Assembly: GCA_038323965.1 (NCBI GenBank)
Contig: JBBQHM010000001.1
Span: 889-64,888, forward strand
Length of the DNA: 64,000 nt
Direction: 5' to 3'
From: Chthoniobacterales bacterium
GTDB lineage: Bacteria; Verrucomicrobiota; Verrucomicrobiia; Chthoniobacterales; UBA10450
The notes below the pieces were generated by a model. It was not told where the DNA came from, did no database searches, and saw nothing but the letters and a program-made list of their open reading frames with translations. Of the stretch, positions 9,171-18,376 are shown piece after piece. The position numbers and the translations under genes are program-made. The first letter of the stretch is position 1. Each line of letters starts with the position of its first letter.

Positions 9171-10244
9171 CTACCTGTAAATCTCGACTGCAAACTTACC
9201 GTCGACGCCGACCTGCCCGCGATACATCCCCTGCGTGTTGAACGGGAGCGCCATGTTCCCATCGTGATCCACCGCGATCAGGCCGCCCGTTCCACCCAGG
9301 TCCGCCACATTTTTCAGTGCTGCATCGGCGGCGTCGCGTAACGACATCCCGCGATATTCCATCAACGCTGAGATGGTGTGCGCGACGGCGGTGCGAATGT
9401 AAAACTCACCATCTCCCGTGCAGGAAACTGCGCACGTGGCATTTTTTGCGTAGGTGCCCGCGCCGATGATCGGTGAATCACCCACCCGCCCGGCCCGCTT
9501 GTTCGTGCTTCCACCGGTCGAGGTTGCGGCGGCGAGATTGCCCTGCGCGTCACGTGCGACGGCGCCGACCGTTCCGTAGGGATGAATTTCCGAGAAGACG
9601 AATTTCTTCCCGCCCACGCCACCTGCCTTTTCGCCTTCTTTTACTTTTTGCAGCGCATCCCAGCGCGGCTGCGTGAAAAAATATTTCTCGTCCACCAGTT
9701 CCGCGTTCACTTCTTTGGCGAAGACCTCTGCGCCGGCCCCAACCAGCATGACGTGCTTGGATTTTTCCATGACCGCCCGCGCCAGCGTGATTGGATTTTT
9801 CACGTGGGTGACGTTGGCGACCGCTCCCGCTTTCAACGTCGCGCCATCCATGATGGAAGCGTCGAGCTCGTTCTTCCCTTCCGCGGTGAAGACGGCGCCC
9901 TTCCCGGCATTGAACAACGAATCGTTCTCCAGTGTGCGCACCGCTGTCTCCGTCGCATCCAGCGCGCTGCCGCCGCCTTTTAAAATTTCGTAGCCGGCAG
10001 CGAGCGCGCTTTCGAGCCCGGCCCGGTATTCTTTTTCGTGCTCGGGCGTCATGGTCGCGCGATCGATCGTTCCGGCTCCGCCGTGAATCACGAGTGCAAT
10101 TTTTTGGAGAGACATTGAAGGTGAATCGTGGCCGCGGTTGTCCTCGGCCGGAGCGTTTGCTAATGCTGCGGTTGCGAGCAACGCGCAACTGACAAAGCGC
10201 TTTACGTTTTTCGTCCGCACGTAAGCAAATGTATGCCGTCGCAC
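9171..10244 (-). CDS. isoaspartyl peptidase / L-asparaginase (Ntn hydrolase), secreted
   Basis: Signal peptide, HGGAG motif, autoproteolytic GTVGAVARD threonine site, and GDSPIIGAG. Confidence 0.85.
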   Translation of the reverse strand: MRRHTFAYVRTKNVKRFVSCALLATAALANAPAEDNRGHDSPSMSLQKIALVIHGGAGTIDRATMTPEHEKEYRAGLESALAAGYEILKGGGSALDATETAVRTLENDSLFNAGKGAVFTAEGKNELDASIMDGATLKAGAVANVTHVKNPITLARAVMEKSKHVMLVGAGAEVFAKEVNAELVDEKYFFTQPRWDALQKVKEGEKAGGVGGKKFVFSEIHPYGTVGAVARDAQGNLAAATSTGGSTNKRAGRVGDSPIIGAGTYAKNATCAVSCTGDGEFYIRTAVAHTISALMEYRGMSLRDAADAALKNVADLGGTGGLIAVDHDGNMALPFNTQGMYRGQVGVDGKFAVEIYR

Positions 10245-10258
10245 GCAAACTCAAATAG

Positions 10259-11390
10259 ATGCTGCTGCGACACCTTATACGACGTCATAAATGGCGGCTT
10301 CGCCCGCTTAAGAAAATCGTCCTGCCGTTGCGCAACGCCAGGCGAGCGCTGGTCGCCCTGACGCGTCGCACGCCGCTGATCGTTCGTTCCTGCGCGAACG
10401 CAGTGGAAATTTATCCCGCCGAAAAAGTTCGACCGCACACTGCCAGCTTCGACGTGATTCAGGAGTCAGCCCCGGGAAAGATTTTCCAGTTCCGCGAAAT
10501 CGATTTTTGGAGCCGCTATGGCGGAAGCGTTGTCACGCGCGATCACGAATTGATCGCCGAGTTATCGCCCGATGTCTGGGGCGTCGATAATCATCCGATT
10601 TTTTCGACGCTCCGCCTGCCCCGCCCAGAACGGCTCGACGGCCGAACGGCCATCGCCATTACGCCGGAAGCGCCCGGAAATTATTATCACTGGCTCATCG
10701 ATCTGTTGCCGCGACTTCTGCTCATTCGCGATTTCGCCGGTTCATTTGCCGAATTCGATCGCATTCTCTTGAACGGCTCGCGCACCAACTACGAACGCGA
10801 TTCACTCGCGGCGATCGCCGCGCCGCCATCCAAAATCGTTTACGTCAATCCCAGTGCGCGTTACCAAATCGCGGACGCGACCTTCGCTTCCATGGATCAA
10901 CATTGCGCGGCCACCGCGCCGTGGAAGGTGCGCGCGCTGCGGAGTCTTGCGCCCAAGTCGCGACCGGCGTCCACGCAGCGTCTTTACCTTTCGCGCCGGA
11001 GCGCAGCGGTTCGGCGCGTCGTAAATGAAGAGGCGATTCACGAATTGTTACGCGCGCACGAATTTGAAATTCTAGATCTCGAGAAAATCTCGTGGTGCGA
11101 TCAGGTCGAAAAATTCGCCAGCGCGAATGTGATCGTCGCGCCGCACGGCGCCGCACGGCGCCGCCCTGGCAAACATTGCTTTCTGCCTGCCGGGCACGCG
11201 AGTTTTCGAATTCTGCACCGACGCCGGCTACCGCGACTTCTACCTGCGCCTCGCGGCCGCCGCCGAACTGCCATACGAAGTCATTGCAGCGCAGCCGAGC
11301 ATCAGCGCGGCCACTTCTCATCGCGCAGTCGAGAACGATGACATGATAGTCGACCCGGTGAAGCTTCGAGCTATTCTCGCGTCGCTGTGA
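10259..11390 (+). pseudogene. GT61/DUF563 glycosyltransferase disrupted by a 10-bp tandem duplication
   Basis: Has the EAPGNYYHWLIDLLPRL motif. CCGCACGGCG occurs twice in tandem (11141-11150 and 11151-11160). Removing one copy restores ...APHGAALANIAFCLPGTRVFEF...LRAILASL, with a stop at 11388-11390 that overlaps the next gene's GTG start. Confidence 0.75.
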
Positions 11391-12223
11391 TTCGTCAGCA
11401 TCTGCCAAAGCCAATCCGTCGCATCATAAAATCTGCGGCGGAATTCGCTCTTCCACTACTGGAGGTTGCGCGCGGATTCCGCACCGCGCGCGGTGATTAT
11501 CTGCCAAATCGGTTCCGTATTTTGTTGCGCCGATATGAGGTCGACGAACTAAGGCTGATCGAACCGTTCGTGCGAGACGCGAAGGTGATTTTCGATGTCG
11601 GCGCGAATGTCGGCTACGTCAGTCGCTTCTTCGCCGAGACGAAAACTGCGGGCGCTCGCCTCTACTCTTTTGAGCCCAATCCCATCATTTTCCCCATCCT
11701 CAAGCGCAACGTCGCGCGCCTGCCCGGCGTCCGCGTCTTTAACTTCGGTCTTTCGAACGCCGACTCGGAAATGCCGCTTTTTCTTGCCGGAAACAACCAT
11801 TCCGTCGGTTCGTTTTCCACCGCGTATCCGGCAACGCATGCTGTCCATCAGGAATCGAAAGACGTGCATTCCGTCTCCGCAAAACTCGCACATGGCGACT
11901 CCCTCGCGGCCCACGAAGGGATCTCGCAAATCGATGCCCTGAAGATCGATGTCGAAGGTTGGGAGCTCAACGTGCTGGCCGGCCTTGAGCAGACTATCGG
12001 GCGCTCACCGCACCTTGCGATTTTTTGCGAATACAATGCCGCCGCGCAGCAGTGTGCCGGTCGCGCAGCCGAAGAACTCCCGGCCTGGTTTCTCGAGCGC
12101 GGTTTCACACTCTCCGTGGCAGAAGGCGGCGCGCTCCGGCGCTTGCCCCGCGCTGCGATGGCGGTCGTTGCTGCGCTTCCGCCCGGGGCCGCCTACCCGA
12201 CCCTGTTCGCGACGCGTGAATAG
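11387..12223 (+). CDS. FkbM-family SAM-dependent methyltransferase
   Basis: FDVGANVGYVSRFF glycine-rich SAM motif and LKIDVEGWELNVL motif. 278 aa. Confidence 0.8.
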   Translation: MIRQHLPKPIRRIIKSAAEFALPLLEVARGFRTARGDYLPNRFRILLRRYEVDELRLIEPFVRDAKVIFDVGANVGYVSRFFAETKTAGARLYSFEPNPIIFPILKRNVARLPGVRVFNFGLSNADSEMPLFLAGNNHSVGSFSTAYPATHAVHQESKDVHSVSAKLAHGDSLAAHEGISQIDALKIDVEGWELNVLAGLEQTIGRSPHLAIFCEYNAAAQQCAGRAAEELPAWFLERGFTLSVAEGGALRRLPRAAMAVVAALPPGAAYPTLFATRE

Positions 12224-12277
12224 CCGCGCCATTTTCCGCTTTCCCGTTCCCGTAACCCAGAGGACGTTCCCGGCGTC

Positions 12278-13135
12278 ATGAGCCAGAACCCGGGCGAAAG
12301 CGAGACATCGAGTGCATCTATTCAGGTGCAGCCGGTGGCTGTGCTGCAGAGCCTCGGCGCGGCCGGCCGCGGCTTTTTCTTCGAGATCGGCGCGCTCTTC
12401 TGGTTCATCATCAACGTTTTCGCTGAAACACTCGACCGCATGCGCAGCGGACGCGCGCCGTTTCGCGCCACCAGCTTCTTTCGACATACCCAGCGCGCTG
12501 GCGTCGCATCCGTTCCGCTCGTCGGTCTCGTCTCATTTTTCCTTGGGCTCACCATGGCCCTCCTCACCGGTTACCAATTGCAACGCTTTGGGACGGAACG
12601 CCTCGTGCCGGGCCTTGTCGCCATCTCGTTTACCCGTGAACTCGGGCCGCTGCTGACCGGCATCATGCTCGCGGCCCGGATCGGCGCTGCTTTCACCGCC
12701 GAACTTGGCACCATGAAAGTCTCGGAAGAAGTCGAGGCGATCGAAGCGATGGGCATCGGACCACTGCGTTTCCTTGTCGCTCCTCGCCTCCTCGCCTTGT
12801 TCGCGCTCATGCCCTGCCTCTCCACTGTCTCCAGCATCGCTGCGGTTGCGGCCACTAGTCTTATCAGCAAGGCTTATTTCAGCATCGCCTTCCCTTATTT
12901 TCTCGAGCTCGTCGTCGACTCACTTCTTATTCGCGACATCATCACGGGCGTCATTAAGAGTCTGCTCTTCGGCACGCTCATCGGCGGCATCGCCTGCTAC
13001 CGCGGACTCAACGTTACCGGCGGCGCGGCCGGCGTCGGCACCTCCACCACCTCCAGCGTCGTCACTGCCATTACCGCGGTGATCGGTTTCGATACCGTCT
13101 TCAACGTCGTTTACACCGTTTTCTTCCCGACATGA
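12278..13135 (+). CDS. mlaE: MlaE-family ABC transporter permease
   Basis: FTRELGPLLTGIMLAARIGAAFTAELGTMKVSEEVEAIEAMG is the conserved MlaE/Ttg2B core. Confidence 0.88.
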   Translation: MSQNPGESETSSASIQVQPVAVLQSLGAAGRGFFFEIGALFWFIINVFAETLDRMRSGRAPFRATSFFRHTQRAGVASVPLVGLVSFFLGLTMALLTGYQLQRFGTERLVPGLVAISFTRELGPLLTGIMLAARIGAAFTAELGTMKVSEEVEAIEAMGIGPLRFLVAPRLLALFALMPCLSTVSSIAAVAATSLISKAYFSIAFPYFLELVVDSLLIRDIITGVIKSLLFGTLIGGIACYRGLNVTGGAAGVGTSTTSSVVTAITAVIGFDTVFNVVYTVFFPT

Positions 13136-13923
13136 GCGAAGCGCCAGATCCAGCATTAGTTGAGCTGCGCGATGTCCACCTGCAGTTCGACGAGAAGGAA
13201 ATCCTGAAAGGCGTTTCGCTTGAGGCCAATCACCTCGACCGGCTTGTCATCATGGGACAGAGCGGTAGCGGAAAAAGCACCATTTTGCGCCTTATCCTCG
13301 GCATCCTCCAGCCCGATGCCGGCGAAGTTTACTTCAAGCATTTCGATATGACCCGCCTGAAGCGCCGCAAGATCCAACAGATTCGCCGGAATATCGGGAT
13401 GGTGTATCAATACTCGGCGTTGCTCAGCTCCCGGAACGTGCGCGATAATATCGCCCTGCCGCTCGAGGAGCTGACCGATAAAAAGCGTGACGAGATCGAC
13501 CACATCGTGGACGAAAAACTCACCCTCGTCGGCATGGAAAACGTGCGCGACCAGATGCCATCCGAGCTCAGCGGCGGTATGCGCAAACGCGTCAGCCTCG
13601 CCCGCGCCCTCGTCATGGAGCCCGAGCTTATCCTATTCGATGAGCCCAGCGCCGGCCTCGACCCCGTCATCAGCTCCGTCATCGACGAGCTCATCATCAG
13701 CTTGAGCGAAAAACAGAAGGTCACCTCCGTCATCGTCACCCACGAAATGGACAGCGCCTTTCGCATCGGCACACGAATGGCTATGTTATACCAAGGAAAG
13801 ATCATCGAGCAGGGCACGCCCGAGGAATTTAAGGCGTCAACCAATCCCGTTGTCGCCCAATTCTTGAGCGGCAGCACGGAAGGTCCCATTCTCGAAGGAA
13901 CACAGGATGCAATTACGGCGTAA
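13132..13923 (+). CDS. mlaF: MlaF-family ABC transporter ATP-binding protein
   Basis: Walker A GQSGSGKST, signature LSGGMRKRVSLARAL, Walker B LILFDEP. 4-nt overlap with mlaE. Confidence 0.9.
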   Translation: MSEAPDPALVELRDVHLQFDEKEILKGVSLEANHLDRLVIMGQSGSGKSTILRLILGILQPDAGEVYFKHFDMTRLKRRKIQQIRRNIGMVYQYSALLSSRNVRDNIALPLEELTDKKRDEIDHIVDEKLTLVGMENVRDQMPSELSGGMRKRVSLARALVMEPELILFDEPSAGLDPVISSVIDELIISLSEKQKVTSVIVTHEMDSAFRIGTRMAMLYQGKIIEQGTPEEFKASTNPVVAQFLSGSTEGPILEGTQDAITA

Positions 13924-14959
13924 CGAAATAATGACCGGCCTTCTCGTCATGGGGACGATAGGCGTACTCGTCTTTGTCCTGATCCTGCTCGGCGCGCCCG
14001 GACTTTTCCGGCCGCTCATCACCTATCATATCTACATTGATAACGCCTCCGCCATCAAGCTCGGCGCACCCGTCATGCTCGCGGGACGCAAGATCGGCCA
14101 GGTCGAGAAACTCTTCTCGCCCATGACCAAGGATGAATCGAAGCGTGCCGAAGAGGTAGATGCCGCCATCCATCCGCCCGAACCCGGCGCTTCGCCCACC
14201 CCTTCCGCCTCACCTAATCGTATCAAATACGAAGCCCGCATCGACGTTCAGGTCGAGAAAACAGCCATGGTCTACCGCGACGCCCGTGCTCGCCTCATGA
14301 GCCTTGGCATACTCGGCGAATACGCCATCGATTTCACTCAAGGCAACGATGCTTCCGGCCGCGCTAAGGACGGCGAAATCTTCGCCGGCGAACGCTCGCC
14401 TGAGTTCGGCGAGATCGCCTCCAAGATGGTCGATATCCTTCAGCCCGTCGCCAAGGAAGCGACCAATGCCTTGAAGGAACTGCAGAACACCACCCAGAAC
14501 CTGGGCAGGATTACCGACGACGATTCCCAGCTTAACATGGCCATTGGGCAGTTCCGCACCTTCGCCGAGAACATCACCAGCCTTACCGCGCGCAATAGTT
14601 CACTCAATCAATCGCTCGATAACATCAAGGATATCAGTTCACAGATTTCCGAGAACGATAACCTCAAGGTCACCCTGCAGAACTTTCGCGACTCCTCCGA
14701 TCGGTTGAAGTCCACCTTAAACTCACTTTCGCCTGACCTGAAAGCAGCTGGCGCGAACGTTGCCCAACTGACCGACACCGTGAAGACCGAGCCATGGCGC
14801 CTGCTCTGGCCGAGTAAAAAGAAATACCCCGAAGGCAACCAGCCCGCTGCTGCTGCGCGCACCAAGGACGGGGACACCATCACCGTCCGTAAAAGTACCA
14901 GGGCGAGCGGCTCCCCATCGCCAACGCCCGCAAAGCGTCGCGCCGTCATCGTCCCGTGA
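13907..14959 (+). CDS. mlaD: MlaD/MCE-domain protein
   Basis: N-terminal TM segment, MCE domain (YHIYIDNASAIKLGAPVMLAGRKIGQV), long helical C-terminal region. ATG 13931 is an alternative start. Confidence 0.8.
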   Translation: MQLRRNEIMTGLLVMGTIGVLVFVLILLGAPGLFRPLITYHIYIDNASAIKLGAPVMLAGRKIGQVEKLFSPMTKDESKRAEEVDAAIHPPEPGASPTPSASPNRIKYEARIDVQVEKTAMVYRDARARLMSLGILGEYAIDFTQGNDASGRAKDGEIFAGERSPEFGEIASKMVDILQPVAKEATNALKELQNTTQNLGRITDDDSQLNMAIGQFRTFAENITSLTARNSSLNQSLDNIKDISSQISENDNLKVTLQNFRDSSDRLKSTLNSLSPDLKAAGANVAQLTDTVKTEPWRLLWPSKKKYPEGNQPAAAARTKDGDTITVRKSTRASGSPSPTPAKRRAVIVP

Positions 14960-15132
14960 AAACGGCCCACCGCGGTCGACCCAATCTGATTCTATCAGCT
15001 GACCCTTCAGCTACTTGATCCTCAGACGTCAACTCAATGATCCACCTTCTGAAAGCAGATCACCTCTTTCGTTATCTGTAGCCGGGAATCCAGAAATAGA
15101 TTGCACTTTGCAGCCGAATACTTGTTAGATCT

Positions 15133-15738
15133 ATGAGACTGGCTTGCGCGGTTATCTTACTCACCGCTGGCGTATCATCGGCGGCCACCAACGACCATTT
15201 GGTTCCGCGATCGAAGTCTTTCACCGAATATCGTCAGTTCGTTCGAAGCCGTTTAGAAATTACGCCATTCGATTGCGGAAGAATCGTTCTCATACCCGAC
15301 TTGAGCCCGGAAGCGGCGGTTTCGGTATACACTTCGGGTAATCATTTTTACGTCACCGAAACGGTGGCGAGTGGGCATGGATTTTGGCAAGCAAGAGAGT
15401 CGCATGAGCGTGTTAAGATCCAGAGGTCGGACCACGAGATAAGAAGCGACATCGCCTTAGCGGTCCGGCGCGGGATCACGGCGCTGCTCCGCGATGTTCG
15501 TTCCGATTCCACGTCGCGAACTGTAGGCGGGGATATTCACCTGTTTGAAGTTTCGCTTCACGCGCCGCAAGGCATCTTACGCGGCGATAGCCCGAGAGAA
15601 GCACCGGGCCCGCGCACGAAAGGACTTGAGGAGTTGTGCCAGGCGTTGATTGATTATTGTGAAGCGCCGGCACATAAGCGGCAACCTATCGAAGCACGGA
15701 TCGGGAAATGTGTTACTTCCCTTTTGCGAAAGACCTAA
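15133..15738 (+). CDS. cassette 1: secreted hypothetical protein
   Basis: 201 aa with signal peptide MRLACAVILLTAGVSSA. I recognise no family motif. The TAA stop lies inside the attC1 R'' box. Confidence 0.6.
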   Translation: MRLACAVILLTAGVSSAATNDHLVPRSKSFTEYRQFVRSRLEITPFDCGRIVLIPDLSPEAAVSVYTSGNHFYVTETVASGHGFWQARESHERVKIQRSDHEIRSDIALAVRRGITALLRDVRSDSTSRTVGGDIHLFEVSLHAPQGILRGDSPREAPGPRTKGLEELCQALIDYCEAPAHKRQPIEARIGKCVTSLLRKT

Positions 15739-15856
15739 CCAAGCGATGCAGCGAACCGCGCCCCGCTTTGCGTTTACCTTTTGTCATGACTCGTTCCTTT
15801 CTTGTGTTTGCGACGCGCGCTCCCCGGCGCGGTCGCTGATCTTGTTCTCGTTAGAC
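15733..15856 (+). repeat. attC site 1 (124 bp)
   Basis: ACCTAAC...GTTAGAC. The CAAGCGATGCAGCGAACCGCG arm faces CGCGGTCGCTGATCTTG. Confidence 0.85.
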
Positions 15857-15858
15857 GT

Positions 15859-16221
15859 ATGTTGCGACTTCTTGTCCTCAGCCTTCTGTTGGCGAGCTTA
15901 ACTCGATTGGCTGCCGCGCCATCTTCTGATGCGCCGCGTCACTACACTGGCGAACAGTGGCAGGCGATCAAAGCGCGATTTATCGACACGCCTCGCCCTG
16001 ATTACTACGAGAGCCTACGTCGTCGTCACATCACCGGCAGCGGAGCTTTCCGGCTATACATCGATGCGCAAGGGAGAGTTACACAGGTGAAGATTCTACA
16101 GAGCACCGGCCATCGCGAGCTCGATGCCACAGCTACGGCAGCTTTTCGCAATTGGCGCGCCAAGCCGGGGCCCGCATGGGATCTGGATGTGCCGGCAACG
16201 TTTGCAATGACGCAGCGCTGA
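15859..16221 (+). CDS. cassette 2: secreted TonB C-terminal-domain protein
   Basis: ATG lies 3 nt after attC1. Signal peptide MLRLLVLSLLLASLTRLAAA, and a TonB_C-like GAFRLYIDAQGRVTQVKILQSTGHRELDATATAAF. Confidence 0.65.
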   Translation: MLRLLVLSLLLASLTRLAAAPSSDAPRHYTGEQWQAIKARFIDTPRPDYYESLRRRHITGSGAFRLYIDAQGRVTQVKILQSTGHRELDATATAAFRNWRAKPGPAWDLDVPATFAMTQR

Positions 16222-16240
16222 TGCTTTGGCCACGCGATAC

Positions 16241-16347
16241 GTCTAACCAAGCGATTCAGCCAACCGCGACCGTCCCTATGCCCGGATGTCGGCCTTCATG
16301 AATACCACTCGTAAATCGCGCGGTGGCCGATCTTGGTCGCGTTAGAC
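16241..16347 (+). repeat. attC site 2 (107 bp)
   Basis: GTCTAAC...GTTAGAC. The 5' arm is nearly identical to that of attC3. Confidence 0.85.
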
Positions 16348-16689
16348 CTATTGAGATCGCTCACCTTCCTTCTTGCCTTTGCCTGTTTCAGTTGCGCCAT
16401 CACAAAGCAGCAGGCCATTGACATCGCTGCGCATGAGATTGCTGCGCGCCATCTTCCACTTCCAGCGGATACACAGGTCGAAGTTGCACAGGATCGCATC
16501 CTCGTATTCGATGAGGCTGTTGGCGTAGGCGAAGAGTATCCGCGTTACATTGTGGCATATCGTTTTCGTGGTAAGCTTCTTTATGCTGTCTGCATCCGCT
16601 CATACACTCCACACATGCGGGAGTTTAAAGATTTGAGGCAGCACCCGGACGCTAGTCCTGCTGACGTCTTTGGCTGGAAGGAACGTTAA
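16333..16689 (+). CDS. cassette 3: hypothetical protein with lipoprotein-like N-terminus
   Basis: The only candidate starts are TTG 16333 (inside attC2) and TTG 16351. LLAFACFSC is lipobox-like. I recognise no family. Confidence 0.5.
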   Translation: MVALDLLRSLTFLLAFACFSCAITKQQAIDIAAHEIAARHLPLPADTQVEVAQDRILVFDEAVGVGEEYPRYIVAYRFRGKLLYAVCIRSYTPHMREFKDLRQHPDASPADVFGWKER

Positions 16690-16692
16690 TGG

Positions 16693-16800
16693 GTCTAACC
16701 AAGCGATGCAGCCAACCGCGACCGTCCCTATGTCCGGCTCTCAGACCTTCTGAACGCCACTTGGAAATCGCGCGGTGGCTGATCTTGTGTCTCGTTAAGC
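16693..16800 (+). repeat. attC site 3 (108 bp)
   Basis: GTCTAAC...GTTAAGC. GATGCAGCCAACCGCG faces CGCGGTGGCTGATC, leaving unpaired G and A. Confidence 0.85.
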
Positions 16801-16851
16801 GTTCTTTCTCCAGGCACCGACACACTCACACCTAGACGAAATGAGAAAAGC

Positions 16852-17541
16852 ATGAACAGAATCCTTATCGTACTCACATCGCACAACCAGCTTGGGAACA
16901 CGGGCCGCACCACGGGGTTCTGGCTGGAAGAGCTTGCTGCTCCCTACTACGTGTTCAAAGACGCAGGAGCAGAGCTCACCTTGGCTTCCCCAAAGGGCGG
17001 GCAGCCGCCGCTCGACCCCAAGAGTGACGACCCCGACGCTCAAACCGAGGCGACTCGTCGGTTCAAGGCTGACAGTGCCGCGAATGTCGCACTGGCCGCT
17101 ACCGCCAGGCTGGACTCGCTTTCGGCCCAGGACTTTGACGCGGTCTTCTACCCCGGAGGGCACGGCCCGCTCTGGGATCTTGTCGACAACGAAGTGTCCA
17201 TTCGGCTGATCGAAGACTTCTGGGCAGGCAACAAGCCCGTATCCGCCGTGTGCCATGCTCCGATTGCTCTCGTCAATGCCAAGGACGAAAACGGTGAGCA
17301 CATTGTGAAAGGGCGAGAAGTGGCGGGCTTCACGAACTCTGAGGAGGAAGCTGTCGGCCTCACCAAGGTTGTTCCTCTCCTCGTAGAGGACACGATGATT
17401 GCTCGTGGCGCCAAGTACTCAAAAGCCGACAACTGGCAGTCCTACACGCGCCAGGACGGCAATCTCATCACCGGTCAAAACCCGGGATCATCAGAGGCAG
17501 TGGCAAAGCTCCTTCTCGCAGCGCTTGAAAAGCGACGCTGA
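16852..17541 (+). CDS. cassette 4: DJ-1/PfpI (type 1 glutamine amidotransferase-like) protein
   Basis: ILIVLTSH..., PGGHGPLWDL and nucleophile elbow SAVCHAP. 229 aa. Confidence 0.8.
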   Translation: MNRILIVLTSHNQLGNTGRTTGFWLEELAAPYYVFKDAGAELTLASPKGGQPPLDPKSDDPDAQTEATRRFKADSAANVALAATARLDSLSAQDFDAVFYPGGHGPLWDLVDNEVSIRLIEDFWAGNKPVSAVCHAPIALVNAKDENGEHIVKGREVAGFTNSEEEAVGLTKVVPLLVEDTMIARGAKYSKADNWQSYTRQDGNLITGQNPGSSEAVAKLLLAALEKRR

Positions 17542-17672
17542 GGAGGGATCGAGGTGTCTCAGCTTTCTGCGCTTTTTTCGGTACGATATGAACACCTCAG
17601 CAACACCTGGATGGGACCGGGCTGTGAGTGTGAGTAGCGTTTGGGCTGGTCCTACTAACGTTGCCTATGGCC

Positions 17673-17819
17673 GCCTAACCAGGGCGCTCCAGCGAACCGC
17701 CGCTATCGCTCTCCGCTCGGAGTGGGTTTTGGAGTTCGGGCGCGCGCCATGACTAAACCATTCCACCTCCGATCAACGCTCGCTCTCGGTAGGCGTCGCT
17801 AATCTTGTTCTCGTTAGGC
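17673..17819 (+). repeat. attC site 4 (147 bp)
   Basis: GCCTAAC...GTTAGGC. The central CATGACTAAAC...CACGCTCGCT module is shared with attC6 and attC7. Confidence 0.8.
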
Positions 17820-17830
17820 GACTTGTCACC

Positions 17831-18238
17831 ATGACCGTATCGCAAGACAATCTCATCGTGTTCGACGGCGTCTGTAATTTTTGCACTTCGTCAGTTCAGT
17901 TCATACTTCGGCATGATAGAGGAGCGGTGTTTCGATTCGTTTCCATTCAATCGGAACTCGGCAGAGAGATTTGCCGCACGGCCGGACTCGACCCTGACGA
18001 CATGCAGACATTTCTAGTTTTCACGAATGGTCGCATCCATCTTAGGAGCGATGCGGCCCTTGAAGTCGCAAAGCAGTTCGGCGGCTTGTGGCGCCTGTTG
18101 GTTTTATTCAAAGTGGTGCCGAGACGATTGCGCGATTCGGTGTATTCCTTTGTCGCAAGACACAGATATCGTTGGTTTGGCCGGCGTGATTCTTGTATGA
18201 TTCCCTCGGAAAAAGTCAGACAGAGATTTCTAGCATGA
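17831..18238 (+). CDS. cassette 5: DCC-family thiol-disulfide oxidoreductase (DUF393)
   Basis: FDGVCNFC active-site motif and C-terminal RDSVYSFVARHRYRWFG. Confidence 0.8.
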   Translation: MTVSQDNLIVFDGVCNFCTSSVQFILRHDRGAVFRFVSIQSELGREICRTAGLDPDDMQTFLVFTNGRIHLRSDAALEVAKQFGGLWRLLVLFKVVPRRLRDSVYSFVARHRYRWFGRRDSCMIPSEKVRQRFLA

Positions 18239-18242
18239 TGCC

Positions 18243-18335
18243 GCCTAACCATGCGCTGCAGCGCACGGTAACATCGCATCACTGTTGCAATCGGCGCGCC
18301 TCGTGGCCGCCGTCGCTGAGCTTGGGTCGTTAGGC
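18243..18335 (+). repeat. attC site 5 (93 bp)
   Basis: GCCTAAC...GTTAGGC, starting 4 nt after the cassette 5 stop. Confidence 0.8.
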
Positions 18336-18376
18336 ATTTCTCTTCGCGCAGACATTATTACACCAATGAAATATCA

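Noticed and set aside
14608-14970. A search for an integron integrase or its remnant upstream of the array, including the minus-strand ORF at 14608-14970 and everything left of it.
   Set aside because: That ORF is an antisense artefact of mlaD. No R..H..R..Y tyrosine-recombinase-like sequence is visible anywhere in the window, hence the CALIN call rather than a complete integron.
17542-17672. A possible extra cassette or attC in the 131-nt gap between the DJ-1/PfpI stop and attC4. The gap contains TACTAAC 15 nt before the real R'' box.
   Set aside because: TACTAAC does not fit RYYYAAC. There is no matching GTTRRRY partner and no ORF. It is most simply a long 3' UTR of cassette 4.
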